Assembly (NCBI RefSeq): GCF_004010195.1
Contig: NC_057728.1
Span: forward strand, 44,578,381 to 44,642,380
Direction: 5' to 3'
Origin: Chiloscyllium plagiosum
Taxonomy: Eukaryota
DNA length: 64,000 nucleotides
Shown: positions 1 to 13,425 of the stretch, one piece after another
Numbering within the stretch: the stretch's first letter is position 1
Layout: the number at the start of each line of letters is the position of its first letter
Program-made: the position numbers and the translations under genes
The notes under the pieces: model-generated
What the model was told of the DNA's origin: nothing
Seen by the model: only the letters and a program-made list of their open reading frames with translations
The model's database searches: none

Positions 1-164
1 TCCCTCCTCTCTTTCTCTTGTTTCAACATATTGCTGGTGGAAAGACCTCTCTGACAGCAAGCAGTGGAAAGCCCTTTCGCATACATTTATGTGTCAATCA
101 GAATCAAATTCCTCTTCCCAACTGGATTCTTCATGATAAGTCTTGCAATTGTTGACTACAGGAA

Positions 165-705
165 ATCAGACAATCATACAGAAGAGGCCCTTCGGCCCAC
201 CAAGTTGGTATCAAAAAAAATCTACTAAGACTTACACCAGTCCCACTTTATCACGCAAGGCTCATAGCATTGGATGTATTGACACTTCAGTGCTCATCCA
301 AGTACTTTGTGAAAGTTATGAGGTTTTCCATGTCAACTACTCTCCCAGCAGTGCATTCCAGATCACCACCACTCTTTGGATGAAAACACCTTTCCTCAAA
401 TCTCCTCTAAACCTCCTGCTTTTAAAATATATCCCCTTGTTATTGACTCTTCAATTAAGGGGAATAGGTGCTTTCTACTCATTCTGTCCATGCCACTTAC
501 ATGCTATAGGCACCAGATTTCTACCAACCCCCCACCCTTCACTGCTCCAAAGAAATGAAGCATAAGCTTATTCAGCCTATCTTCATAGCTGAAATGCTCC
601 CTCCCAGCCAACATCCTCTGCACCCTCTCCAGTGCATCCTATAGTACGATGACCAAAACTGCATACAATCCTCCAGCTATGGCTTAATGAAAGTGCATAT
701 AAGAG
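165..705 (-). mobile_element. CR1 LINE 3' fragment (decayed)
   Basis: Minus strand reads LY..LI.P.LE.CMQFW and F..RVV..WNAL-like ORF2 C-terminal motifs plus a GGGCCGAAGGGCCT 3' UTR hairpin. Confidence 0.8.
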
Positions 706-924
706 GTGAAATACCATAATTGCTGAAGTGAATTACTGATGCTTCTTCCTCCCCATGGAGTGATCTTTTGTGTGTGCATACTTAATGAGCTGACAATAAT
801 GTAATGACAAAATCTGAGTCACCCCCCAAGTGAAACTGTTGCTCACTTTTGTGCATGCTACTGAACTTACTATACTCAAGAGTGGAGGTTTTCACCATTA
901 TCTTGTCAGCCAATGGTCAGGTGT

Positions 925-1012
925 TGAGGAAGGGCTTATGCCCGAAACATCGATTCTCCTGTTCCCTGGATGCTGCCTGACCTGCTGTGCTTTTCCAGAA
1001 ACACATTTTCAG
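925..1012 (+). mobile_element. Penelope-derived short element (pLTR fragment) with degenerate hammerhead motif
   Basis: TGAGGA-A-GGGC-TTAT-GCCC-GAAAC-ATC then the family tail; 14 bp TSD CAATGGTCAGGTGT at 911-924 and 1013-1026; same family as 17784-17996 and 63766-64000. Confidence 0.85.
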
Positions 1013-1635
1013 CAATGGTCAGGTGTGTCAATTTCATATATCGGCAGGACTGTCATACTATGCCTACTGCCCTTGTGCATAGATATTGCATTGCAGCCAT
1101 CACCCACATGGTCAGAGGGTAGCCCTTGTACCACAACAGACAGCTTTTAGTCTCTCATGGTAGCTGAAACACCATAGACACAGCAAACTCCCTCAACATG
1201 AAGGCATCATGACTACTCTAGGAATATCGAGTAATGAATTCAACAATTTGCTGTCTAAGGCTACATACCATTTGGGTTTTGAGGGCATGAAACCTCTCTT
1301 GGTTATCTAAATGACAGACTTGTCATGCTGCATGTGCAAAGCAACAAACATGCAGTCAATGCCATACTTCCCACTCTATCTGCTGCTGTCTGGCAAAGGA
1401 TAGGGACAGTTAGTCACCACTCTGCCAATAGTGGCCTCCTCTTTAAAACAGTGGATGACAAACAGTGAGACGTTGCAACTAGCTCAAGTTCTAGCTGAGA
1501 TGAAGCTTTACACATAAACGTTTATGGTCATAGTCACCATCAATGCAATAATAATGTAGCTTTCATGTTGCTGCTTGGTTGCAGTTGTGGCTGTAACGGG
1601 CAACACATTTCACCCATAGAGCCATACAGCACAGA

Positions 1636-2977
1636 TAAAGTGTTGGAAAAGGTTATAAGAGATAGGATTTATAATTATCTAGAAAATAAAAATTTGATTA
1701 GGGATAGTCAGCACAGTTTTGTGAAGGGTAGGTCCTGTCTCACAAACCTTATTGAGATCTTTGAGAAGGTGACCAAACAGGTAGATGAGAGTAAACCGGT
1801 TGATGTGGTGTATATGGATTTCAGCAAGGCTTTCAATAACGTTCCCCACAGTAGGCTATTGTACAAAATGCGGAAGAATGGGATTGTGGGAGATATAGCA
1901 GTTTGGATCAGTAATTGGCTTGCTGAAAGAAGACAGAGGGTGGAAGTTGATGGGAAATGTTCATCCTGGAGTCCAGTTACCAGTTGTGTACTGGAAGGGT
2001 CGGTGTTGGGTCCACTGCTATTCGTCATTTTTATAAATGACCTGGATGAGGGCGTAGAAGGGTGGGTTAGTAAATTTGCAGATGACACTAAGGTTGGTGG
2101 AATTATGGATAGTGACGAAGGATGTTGTAGGTTACAGAGGGACATAGATAAGCTGCAGAGCTGGGCAGAGACATGGCAAATGGAGTTTAATGCAGACAAG
2201 TGTGAGGTGATTCACTTTGATCGGAGGAACCAGAATGCGAAGTACTGGCCTAATGGTAAGATTCTTGGTAGTGTAGATGAACAGAGAGATCTCGGTGTCC
2301 ATGCACACAGATCCTTGAAAGTTGCCACCCAGGTTAACAGGGTTGTTAAGAAGGCATACAGTGTTTTAGCTTTTATTAATAGAGGGATCGAGTTCCGGAA
2401 CCATGAGGTTATGCTACAGCTGTACAAAACTCTGGTGCGGCCGCACTTGGAATATTGTGTACAGTTCTGGTCACCGCATTATAAAAAGGATGTGGATGCT
2501 TTGGAAAGGGTGCAGAGAAGATTTACTAGGATGTTGCCTGGTATGGAGGGAAGGTTTACGAGGAAAGGCTGAGGGACTTGAGGCTGTTTTCGTTAGAGAG
2601 AAGAAGGTTGAGAGGTGACTTAACAGAGACATATAAGATAATCAGAGGGTTAGATAGGGTGGACAGGGAGAGCCTTTTTCCAAGTATGGTGACGGTGAGC
2701 ACATGGGGGCATAGCTTTAAATTCAGGGGTGATAGATATAGGACAGATGTCAGAGGTAGTTTCTTTACTCAGAGAGTAGTCAGGGTATGGAATGCTTTGC
2801 CTGCAATGGTAGTACATTCGCCAACTTTAAGTACATTTAAGTCGTCATTGGACAAGCATTTGGACATACATGGAATAGTGTAGGTTAGATGGGCTTCAGA
2901 TTGGTATGACAGGTTGGCGCAACATCGAGAGCTGAAGGGCCTGTACTGCGCTGTAATGTTCTATGTTCTATGTTCTA
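1636..2977 (+). mobile_element. CR1 (HER1-like) LINE, 5'-truncated, RT domain largely open
   Basis: ORF 1565-2572 contains DVVYMDFSKAF, GSVLGPLLF, SKFADDTK and LVRPHLEYCVQFWSP; one frameshift near 2560; 3' tail (TGTTCTA)n. Confidence 0.97.
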
Positions 2978-3265
2978 AACAGACCCTTCAATCCAACCAG
3001 TCCATGCCGAGCATAATCCCACACTAAACTAGTCCCAACTGCCTGCTCCTGGCACATATCCTTCCAAAGCTTTCTTATTCATGCACTTAAACAAACATCT
3101 TTTAAATGTTGTAATTGTATCCACATCCACCACTTCCTCAGGAAGTTCATTCCACATGTGAACTACCCTCTGTGCAAAAAAAAGCCCCTCGTGTCTTTTT
3201 AAAATCTCTTTCCTCTCATCTTAAAAATTGCCCCCTAGCCTTGAAATCCCTCATCCTATGCCCTC
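2978..3265 (-). mobile_element. CR1 3' end fragment, split by the 1636-2977 insertion (remainder at 1615-1635)
   Basis: CATAGAGCCATACAGCACAGA (1615-1635) joins AACAGACCCTTC (2978) to rebuild the reverse-complement CR1 tail; FFAQRVVHMWNELPEEVV on the minus strand. Confidence 0.85.
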
Positions 3266-5950
3266 ACCAAAAGCAACATCCAACAAAACTCACAGCAGAG
3301 TTATGTGCATGTACCTCAGAAACCATTTTGGACTTTAAAGCCTGTCAGTAGCATCTAAAAATACGTTATGCATCCACATTTTGTGCATGGTAAATATTTT
3401 GGTTCCTTTTACTCTGATGATTTTAATTTTATTATTATTTTCATTTTAAAGCTCTAGTTCCAATATATAAGAGAAATAAAATATTTATGTCTAGGTTTTC
3501 AATAGCATATCTAGAAATGCTAACAAACTTTCCTTTATTGCAGTGGCTACCAGATTTACCTTATATCTTAAAATGCTTTCTTTCCCAAACTATAAATCAT
3601 CATAACTTTCAGCACTGATTTTTTGTGTAACCTTATTAAGTGAAATTATTTACAAAAAGGTGAAGAAACAAAGCGAAATCACATGATATATTTACATTTA
3701 CAGTATAAAACTACCTGTTCCTCAAAAACAAAGCAATGGAAATTTGCAATCTGAATGCGAAGCAAATTTTTTTGTAAATAACTTATACAAAATGTTACAT
3801 TTTGTTTAGTTTCTGGTACTTTTTACCAGTGGAATCTTTTGCTAGTCTGAACTACATATCCTGGAAATTCCACAGCCTCTTAGATTCCACTGCTGGTCCT
3901 TAAGCAGCCCTCAGAAGATACTTTTCCTGGTTTTACATCATTGTTAATCAAATTTGAAAGTAACTGGCTGTTGTACATGTATTTAAACAACCCCGTTCAT
4001 ATTTGTTCCAAAGTAGCTAATCTTCTCCATCAAGCTTTGTCGACAAAAAAAATAACTAGCAACACTTGTATCAAGTTAAACATGAAACAAATTTTCAACT
4101 GTATCTAGATTTTAAAAAAATCTTTGTGACCTGTAGTTAAATTGAAAGGATCTTACCCACAGGACTAAAACAAATCTGAAGACATTTATTATGATAATGA
4201 TAAGATCCAATACCTTCATGAAAACAGTGAGATCAAATCAAGCTGGTATTTCCATAAAATGAAACGTTTTTGAAATTACTTTTATTATTTACAAAACATG
4301 GGTCACAATTACCAGTGATGACCGGAACAAAAACTACATGAAGAACATACCTTAAACACAATAGTTTAAAATATGATTCTTTGCAGTTTCTTAGAAACGG
4401 ATTTTGGCTTAGATGGTGACTGCTTTTGACGTGGCAATTCATCTTGATTCTATTTGTGTAAAATACCTTAAGTTGATTGTAAAATCCATTCTGTGACTAC
4501 TCTCAAGCAATGTTTTCCATTACATTTGCTTTCCTTTGAAGAAAGGATTTCAGAGTTTAGTTTCAGCAATTCACTATTATTCTTTATTTCAGGAATCATT
4601 AATCTTTTATATCACATTCTACCAAACTAACAGATGAAATTTCAGATATGAGTTACTTATGAAAGATCTGAATAAAATATGAAAATAAAACTTAGGAGAT
4701 TAGTCTTTGGTTTTGAAGTGTATCCTAAGGCAGTCATGCCGCAAAAATGTTTATTCATCAACAGTAAAGGAAAGCAATTATATCTGTTTACTGCCATAAA
4801 TCCCATTGTACCAGTGCAGGTTTCAATCAGTCCTGGGGTGAATTATTCTAATAAATACACCCTAATATCCAATTTATTTCTAACTATTGCTTTAAGACAT
4901 TTACATGAGATTTAGTGATCCATGTATGAGAACATCCAGATCTCTTTCTTTCCTCGTTTATTTTAACTTTTTTTTGTTGATGTTAGAATGAAGTCGATAT
5001 GAGAGACACTGTCTGAACAATCATTCCAGGAGCACCTTCCTGATCATTTTCTCCTGTCCGTGCTATCCGATTAAAGATGGTGGGACGTTCAGTTAACGGG
5101 TTAGTGAGTCCAGACAGAACTAAACAATCTGAAAACCAAAGAATCAGACCTAAGCTCTGTAGTCTGCCACATCAGTTATGATTGGCGATGGATGATTAAT
5201 AACTAACAGTAGATGGAGGGTCCATAAATGTCCTTCCCCTCATTTGTCAGGGAGCTCAACACACCAGGACTAAACAGAAGTAATTATATCTACTTTCAGC
5301 CAAAATTGCCAAGTGGATGATCCATCCTGGCTTCCTCCAAAGATTACAGCATCACAGATGCCAGACTTCAACTAATTCAGTTTACTCCATATGATCTCTA
5401 GAAACAGCTGAAGGCACTGGGATTGCAAAACATACAGTCCCTGACAATATTCCAACAGTACTACAGACTTGTGCTTCAGAACTAGATATGCCCCTGGAGA
5501 AACTGTTCCAGCACAGCTACAACACTGGCGTGTACCCAGTAATTTGGAAAATGACCCCAGTGTATCCTGTGCACAAAAAGCAGAAGCATTCAAGATGGCC
5601 TATTATCACCCTTTCAATCTAGTTTCAATCATCAACAAAGTGATGGAAGACATTGTTGCCAGTGCTGTCATACACTTATTCAAGAAGAACCTGCTCTCTA
5701 ATGCTCAGTTTGGGTTGCTGGCCCCATTCAGCTTGTGATCTCATTACAAATTTGGTCAAAACATGGACAAAAAGGCTGAACTCAAAAGGGAAGTGAGGGT
5801 GACAACACTTGATAACAGGGCAGCATTTGTCCAAGTGTACATCAAGCAGCCTTGCAAAACTGAAATCAATGAGAACCGGGGTTGGGGGGGGGATACTTTC
5901 CACTACTATGTGTCATAGCTGGCATATCGAAAGATGAGTGTCAATGGTGG

Positions 5951-6859
5951 AACTCGGCCAACATTGTCTATCTCATACACTGCAGGAAAGTATGCCCCAA
6001 AACATGGTACATTGGTGCGATCAAGCAGACGCTACGACAACTGATGAATGGACATCGCACAACAATCGCCAGACAGGGGTGTTCCCTCCCAGTCGGGGAA
6101 CACTTCAGCAGTCAGGGACATTTGGCCTTGGATCTTCGGGTAGCCATCCTCCAAGGTGGAACTCAGGACAGCCAACAACGCAAAGTGGCCGAGAAAAAGC
6201 TGGTAGCCAAGTTCGGTACCCATGAGGATGGCCTCAACCGGGACCTTGGGTTCATGTCACACGACAGGTGACCCCGCTACTCTATACTCTCTCACACACT
6301 CACACACAAGCACACATACACACACACTGTGTGCGCGCACACACACACACACACACATATAAGTCTATGAAGTGAATTTGCATTTGCAGAATTGTATTTA
6401 CAGATACAGTATATTTTTGCTCAAAAAGCACACAATCTTTATGAAGGCAATCCAAGCAGTCAATCCATATAACATTTTATAAATTCCTACTTTGAAAATA
6501 GAACCAGTCTGACTCAAGATTGGAATACAGACAGCCTCTAACCTTACACCTTTGATGCATTGTCTGAGCTGAGATGTCACCTTTTTAATAAAACCTTGTT
6601 ATATCAAGAATGTGACTTTGAAGATTTACATATTAATGAACCAAAACCTGCAACCCCTTCTAAAAAATGAAAGACTTATCAGCAATCTAGGTTTATTCAA
6701 AATATTGTCTTAATTGCATGACACTGATCTTTTGCTATAAATTCTGTCTCTTATGATCCTGCCCCACTGGTTTCCTAATGAAGGAGCAGCGCTTTGAAAG
6801 CTAGTACTTCCAAATAAACCTGTTGGACTATAACCTGGTGTGTGTGATTTTTAGTTTCA
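5951..6859 (+). mobile_element. Penelope-like retroelement 3' end: GIY-YIG endonuclease, (CA)n, 3' UTR and pLTR
   Basis: SANIVYLIHCRKVCPKTWYIG...RQLMNGHR...PVGEHF...GLNRDLG* (to 6271); hammerhead-like CTAATGA-A-GGAGC-AGC-GCTTT-GAAAG-CTA at 6775-6803. Confidence 0.92.
6290..6358. repeat. (CA)n microsatellite within the Penelope 3' UTR
   Basis: Imperfect CA dinucleotide run. Confidence 0.9.
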
Positions 6860-9800
6860 TCCAGTTTAGCCATAGGACATCACTACAAAAGTTTCTCAAG
6901 GTCATGTTCATGGCCCACCATCTTCACTGCTTCATCAATGATCTTCCCTGTATCATAAGGTCGTAGGTGGGGATATTTACTGATGACTGCAAATGTTCCA
7001 CACCATTTGCAACTGCTTAGGTACTAAAGCAACCCATTCAGACCAACATCCAGTCTTTGGCTTTTAAGTGGCAAATAACATGTGTGCCTCATAAGTCCCA
7101 GGAAACACCTCCACTTGTTGCATTGTTTTCCCTCTTCAGAAAGCCACACCATTGAAGCTGACCGCCTCTGAACATGGCAGGGGCTTGTTCTGCCACTTCA
7201 CTGCTGGGAAAACATTGGCAATGCCACAAAACTGTCCTTAATTTGAGTCTTAGATGCATAATTGATGGCTTGTCTCCATTTAGGATTTCTGAGGTCGTCC
7301 CTAGAAGCTGTCTCAATGGTAAAAATCCAACTGTACCAATTTTATTTTGACCTCGATTTTCATGGCATCCCCTGCCCCCTAACCTGCCCTAACCTGCCAC
7401 CATCAGTTTGGAAAATCTATCCAGAATAAAGCAGGAGACTGTATTGACAATATGGTTAACAACTGATTAAAAAAGACTGAATTTTTGTTTCTACATTGTA
7501 ATTAAAGACTAAATAACTTTTCAACACAAGTACTGATCCATCATTCAAACAGTAAGTGAAATAGACACCAAGAACTGCTTCAGTTTCATAAGAACTTCAA
7601 AAATTCCTTTTTCTCATTTTTCATTTCAGCAGTAAACTAGGATTTTCAACTAAGACAAACCTCTAAATGGTACCTCTTTATGTTAATGTATTAATTTATA
7701 GTGTTTAAAATGTGACTGATTAGGATAATTATTGATCTTTCTTGAATGGATAGATTGTTTGCTGATTTAAGTATATTTACATTTCACTAGCATTGATGAC
7801 AACATTGGATATTTCAAAATTGGCATAGTGGACCTTTCAGTCACTGCCCACAAAACTGAAAGTAATTTGTGATTCTTTGTAATAAATAGCCACATACGAT
7901 AGATTCTACAGTACAGGTGCTATTGTATACTTGTCAGTTGAAGGCTTTGTTAGACTACGTGGTATAAATAACTAACATCATTGTTCAGTGATCCACCAAT
8001 GATAGCGCTAGAAATGCTCTTCTGGTGTTTTTTGCTTTTAATCTTGGCCAAAAAACATATTTTTATGTCAGTTTTGTTTGTCTAAATGATATGCCGGTAT
8101 TATCCAAAGCTGAATTCTAAGGGAATGGGAATTGATGAATGTCCTTGTGCAGCATATGTACAATTCAAGCTTACTAGCAGCTGCAATGGATCAGAAAGCA
8201 AGCCTGGCACTCAGACAGCAATGACCTGTGCGTTATCCATGACTGCCTTGCAAAGACGAGTCAAGGAGGTGCTAGCTTTGGATATCATAATGCCAGAGCC
8301 AATGTGTTCCTGCTTCTGAGATCAAAAAGAAGCTCTTATTGTGGCTATTAAAACATGACTGGGATACTGGGGACATTCCATCAGAAAGGTTAAACACGTG
8401 TCAAATGACATGATGGAAACTAATGACTGATTTCCCTTGAGGACCCATTCTGCGTTCCCATGCAGCTGGAGATTACAACAATTTTTCTTTTCCCCAAATT
8501 TAGTCACCTAGCCTACTTTATAGAAACAGATGTACGAAATACAATGGGAAAAGTGACAGTAATTTTATTTGTCAGTTTCCACTCACACCTCAGCTCATGG
8601 TTAATTTGGAATGTTTTTTTAAAAATCTGCCTGTTATGGAGTGAAATGCATAGGAATGTTTTCATAATGGATTAACACTGTCACAGACAATGTACAGCTG
8701 GAGGCATTGGATCGATCTCCCTATTCCAAGTGGAGACACTTCAGAAAAGGTTTATGATTAAGACTAATAGAGGCCATAGGTAACTCCAGTGACTTGGATG
8801 TTTATATAACCTCTCTCCTAACTCAGCATGATGAAATAATTTGTAAGTTTTGAGCAATGTATTTATTTCTCTATCTCTCCTACCACCATAATCCAAAACC
8901 ATTCTAATTGTATTTTAATGCATGCTTGCATAAAGCAGTTACAATTTCCCTTATTTTCTGTCAGCAAGCATTCCATTCACATCACCTCTTCCAGAAAGTA
9001 TACCTTTGGGATAACAGTGCCTTTGCTTCAGAAAAAAAAAGAAGTTCAAACTCAATTTGAAGAGGTAATAACTATAATCCCTGGGGCTCGGAGATGCTAA
9101 ATACAACCTTTCATTGCAAAAAGAAAAATGATGCAATGTAAGTTGGAAGCATTTGTGCTAAGCTTGAAAGTTGGTGATCTGCCAGGAGTAATATTGGATC
9201 TGTTACCATTCTTCACGATGCCAGCTTGTTCCATCCTTCTTCTTTTATAAGATGTGGAGAAGCTGCAGCTTTAATGACCTGAGACCTTTTAAAATTGAGA
9301 GATAAAAGTCAAATACCATCTATTGACAGTGCAGGACAGCACCAACATTGAAAAGGATAGGAGAAAAGATGTCAAAAACTGTTCCTAGGCAATGTTAAAA
9401 CTTAGATTTTTAAAGCCTATTTGAGGAAAGGATGAGGGGTGGCGCAAAGGTTGGTTAAGAAGTTTGTAAGTTTAAAGACCCAGTGGAGCAAAGAGTGAAA
9501 TTATTAATTGGTATAATCGGCTTAAATTTCGACATATTTTGAAAGCAAATGTAAGAGGAAAGGAAATGTGTGGATAGTGTAGTTTGGCCTTTGTAATAAC
9601 AAGAGGAGGAAGTTCAGAAGAATTCAGGGAGGAATGCATGAAACAACAAAGACAATGAAAGAGTGTGGAAGAAGAATTCTATATCATTCCATTGACAATT
9701 GTGAACCACAGCATTGGGACTCATAGGAAACTGATGACATTTTTTTTTACTTAGCTCAAAGAAAAATAAATCTGTTGGGCAGAACCTGCTTGAGTCCTTA

Positions 9801-12169
9801 CCTGATCCTATGCAAAGCACTGTTAAGTCTAACTTTGTATATGTGTAAATTTTATGCATATGTACCTATAAGGATGACCAGTTCTCTACAGCACCAAAAG
9901 TACTCACATAGCCCCCTAAAACGGTGACATGGGTAGAATGGTTTTGATTATAATATTGTGACATATAAAGTGTTATGCCTCACTGGGCTATACTGGAAAT
10001 TAGGCCCCATTATACCCGTATTCATCACAAAAGTTAAACGTTTTATCAAAGTACACAAAATTCCTCAATTTATACCTATCTTTTAGGCCCAGCTTAACAG
10101 AGAACAGGAACAATTACTAATTTTTCCAAATAAATAGATTGTAGCTACAGGTAAACAATTATGAACTGTCAACATATAATGAAGCAACTAAGCATGCCCT
10201 CCCCCACCACTCAAAACCCACCCCCTCCAATGCTTGAGAAAACATCATGAAAACAGAACTTACAATGAGTACCAGTAACCTGATTTTAAAAAGCGCAGTA
10301 ATCCTTTCCATGTCCTTGTTTTTTAAAACAGTCCTTTTCCCATTTCACTCCACAATCAAAAGCACAGAAACATAAGAAGATATGGTCTCTACAGAAGCCA
10401 AAACATTACATGAGCATTGCAACTTAAGCTGTAAACATACACCTTTCCTAACATGGCCTTTACCCTCCCAATGTCTCCACCCTTCCATTGTTAACCATTG
10501 CCCTTTATTGCTCTATCTCCTCCTTGCTGTTCCATGGCAATCAATTCTATTTACCTTTCTTGCTATTGATTGTCTCAGTTTTTTCTTTCTGTGTGCAACT
10601 GCTTTATTTGCCCCAACAATGTCAATTCATCAGTTGAGATGACTGGCACCTAGTGAGGTTGCTGTGAGGTCCATTCACACTGGACGTGGGATAGTTTTGG
10701 TGCTTCTAAGGGTTACCATTAGGTTAGCGATTAAGAAGCCATAATATGGTGCACAGATTGTGTTTTCTTCTATTCTGATGGAAAGACTGAAAAGAATGTG
10801 AAAGGGGAATTGCGAGAACATTCTGTGCTTTTCTTTGTATTTTGCTCAGAATGTCGAGAATATTGACATTGTTGTGTTCAGCTTTCTGCCGATGTTGCCC
10901 TGAACTAAATGAACTACAGTTGACTTTAAGCAGATGTAAGTAAAGCTGAGAATTATTTCATTTCCAACAATAGCTGGAGAAATGTGGTTTCAGTTTCAGT
11001 AAGAACATCAGTGTTTACCTTCTCACACTTCATCTCCTTATGCAGTCACAGCATGAAAGTTGTAGCAAAATTTCTTCTGGTTTCAACTCAATCAGTGCCA
11101 TGACAATCTGGTTTCCCCCTCATCTATCTGCTGCCTGTGAAAGTTCTTACTTTTACTCAAACCCTCTTTTGGATGCCATCAGTTATGTGCATCTTGAGGT
11201 TCACGTCAGTAATTTGGTTTGACCTGATAATGTGTGAAATGAACCAGAGTAAAGTGCTGACTCCTTCAGTACTGGCCAAAATAACTTACTCACAAGTTAA
11301 ACCTCACAGGCACATACCTTTGGCACTAAATATTTCAGTCATAGAGAACAGATTTCGTAGATGTTTCGTTGGCACAATCTTTTGTGTGACATACAAAGTA
11401 TTGCTGCAATTTGCGAATTGCTGGTACAGTTTAAAGCAAGTGAAAGCAGATTGACACCCAGATGACTACGTTTTAACTGATTGTCAACATACAGTGCCTT
11501 CATTAACACAGCTGTAAACTGTTATAATATCAGCACATGTCAGTTTGATTCAGTTGGTAGCACTTTTGCCTTTGAGTGAGCAAGTTATGCCCCAATGACT
11601 TTCAAAATGCTTCGTGGCATAAAATAACTGTGGTCCTACTGGCTGCTTGATGTATGCACTGCCAAACTTTCGTTATCAATGAAGTGTTCTCTTCATTTTA
11701 CCTGGTCAACAGTTCTTCAAATTTTCAGAACCAAAAAAAAAGATTGTTCATTTAATTCACAATAGCAGAACAAAATGTACCTCCACAACAAACGTAACTG
11801 CTCTTACAAGTGACTCAAACTATGTGCGGTGCTTTGAGCTGCTTTCAAGGGAATTTCGCACGCCTTCTGTTTGTCAGAAAACTGGGAAAGTTGTTGCATT
11901 GTGAATATGATAAACTGGATTTTAATTCTTTAGGTTCAGAGCTAGTTTCATCAAGATTCTTGGAGGGATTTTCACTGCAATGCCTAGCAAAGCCTTTTAT
12001 TGTATCTTAACCAAATTCACCTCATTAACTAGCGAATCCAGAAACAGGATGACCAGAAACCAATGGCAGAACAGCATCTCTGGCATCTGTGCTGTATTTA
12101 AAAGTCCTTTGTACACCCGACAAGGTGACTGGCATTGTGGAGCTGCCCTGCTCACTTACAGATATCTAT

Positions 12170-12410
12170 TCAGAAGGTGTTGGAGAAGGGGATGATAGCT
12201 CACGATGTTGTGACCTGAAGGTCCTGGTGGACGTGTGAATTTAGAAGAGGGGCATTGTCTTCCCACTGGTCTGGCAGAGGAGGCCACATGGCCAGACCCT
12301 GGTTGATGGTCACCCAGGTTAGCGTAGTCTCCATGGTGTGGAGGAGCGACTAGCAATCCCACAAGATGGTCAATGTCAATTTTCGTGTTGTCAGAGTAAG
12401 TACCATATGC
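12170..12410 (+). pseudogene. PIF/Harbinger Myb/SANT-like (NAIF1-type) DNA-binding ORF relic
   Basis: Manual translation DLKVLVDV*I*KRGIVFP / WQRRPHGQT / WLMVTQVSVVSMVWRSD*QSHKMVN followed by a GTAAGT donor; homologous to 20783-20960. Confidence 0.6.
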
Positions 12411-12494
12411 TTCTCTGTGTGACATTGCACTCACTCTGTTTCTGCTATTGTACACACCTGCTACCAAGGATCATGCTCAGCCACTCTCACTACT

Positions 12495-12925
12495 GCCTTG
12501 AGCAAATGGCAGATCCATTTGGATATTTCCTTGAGAAACTGTCTAAGAAATTTGGTGGAATGCCACATGGCGAGAATTTTCAAATAAACATCAAGACATA
12601 GTTTGGCCAGTAGTGAACAGAGACCTTCCTGACAGACCCTTCATGCAACCCCAGAATCTCAGTCCCATTGTATACTGCCTTTGATGTGGCTCTGGAGGGA
12701 AAGAGACTGCTGCTCAACTCCTTCTGCAATGTGTCTTTTCAATACAGGTATCTGAAGAGATGTAGTGGTTTTTGTCATGACTGATCCTAAGCAGCTCTCT
12801 GTACTCTTTAGGCGGTTCTCAGAGACGCACACCAAGACAAATATCAACTGCTGCTGGAGGACCATCAACTCAGTAAAATAATCCCTTCAGCTGCTGAAAA
12901 CCTAGTGGCCTTTCAGAGAAAAGAG
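12495..12925 (+). mobile_element. Tx1/L1-clade LINE ORF2 C-terminal fragment
   Basis: SNKHQDIVW, degenerate CCHC zinc-knuckle region, TNINCCWRTINSVK; homologous to 63275-63490. Confidence 0.75.
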
Positions 12926-13425
12926 TTCTGGTCATCCTGTTATAGAAAGGATCTTCCTAAATTGGAGGGGGTTCAGAAAAGCTTTACAAGGATGTTGCTG
13001 GAACTAGAGGGTTTAAGTTATGAGGAGAGGCTGGATAGGCTGGGACTTGTTTGACTGGAGTACAAGAGATTGAGGGGTGAACTTATAGAGGTTTATAAAA
13101 TGAGGGGCATGGATAAGATGAATATCAGAGGTTTATTTTCCCTTGGGTGGGGAGTCCAAAACAAGGTGGCACAGGTTTAAAGTGAGAGGGGCAAGATTTA
13201 AAAGGGACATGAGGGGCAACTGAAGGTGGTGTGTATGTAGAATCAACTGCCAGAAGTGGTAGATGTAGGTACAGTCTCACCATTTAAAAGACACTTGGAC
13301 AAGTACATGAATAAAAAAGGTTTAGAGCGATATGGGCCAAAAGTAGTCAAATGGGACTTGTTTGGGAAACCTGGTCATTTGGATGAGTTGAACCAAAGGA
13401 TCTGTTTCCATGCCATACGACTCAA
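12925..13425 (+). mobile_element. CR1 LINE 3' fragment
   Basis: FWS..YRKD, FTRML.EL, LRGELIEVYK and FKRHLDKYM motifs plus CR1 tail. Confidence 0.9.

Larger units (their letters stand above)
5100..7100 (+). mobile_element. Decayed CR1-group (L2/Crack-like) LINE RT region, interrupted by Penelope at 5951-6859
   Basis: Frameshifted motifs W...V.PVHKK, SIINKVME, CFINDLP.II and F.DDC; homologous to 14230-16750. Confidence 0.8.

Noticed and set aside
1708..2427. Antisense ORFs over CR1 RT (also 26109-26564, 45971-46363)
   Set aside because: Shadow frames of LINE coding sequence
1565..2572. Functional 335 aa host gene or active reverse transcriptase
   Set aside because: 5'-truncated CR1; the first ~24 codons are flanking sequence, the PQG motif is mutated (LEG) and the C-terminus is frameshifted
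8086..8319. 77 aa ORF in unique sequence
   Set aside because: No recognisable domain or convincing splice signals; length expected by chance
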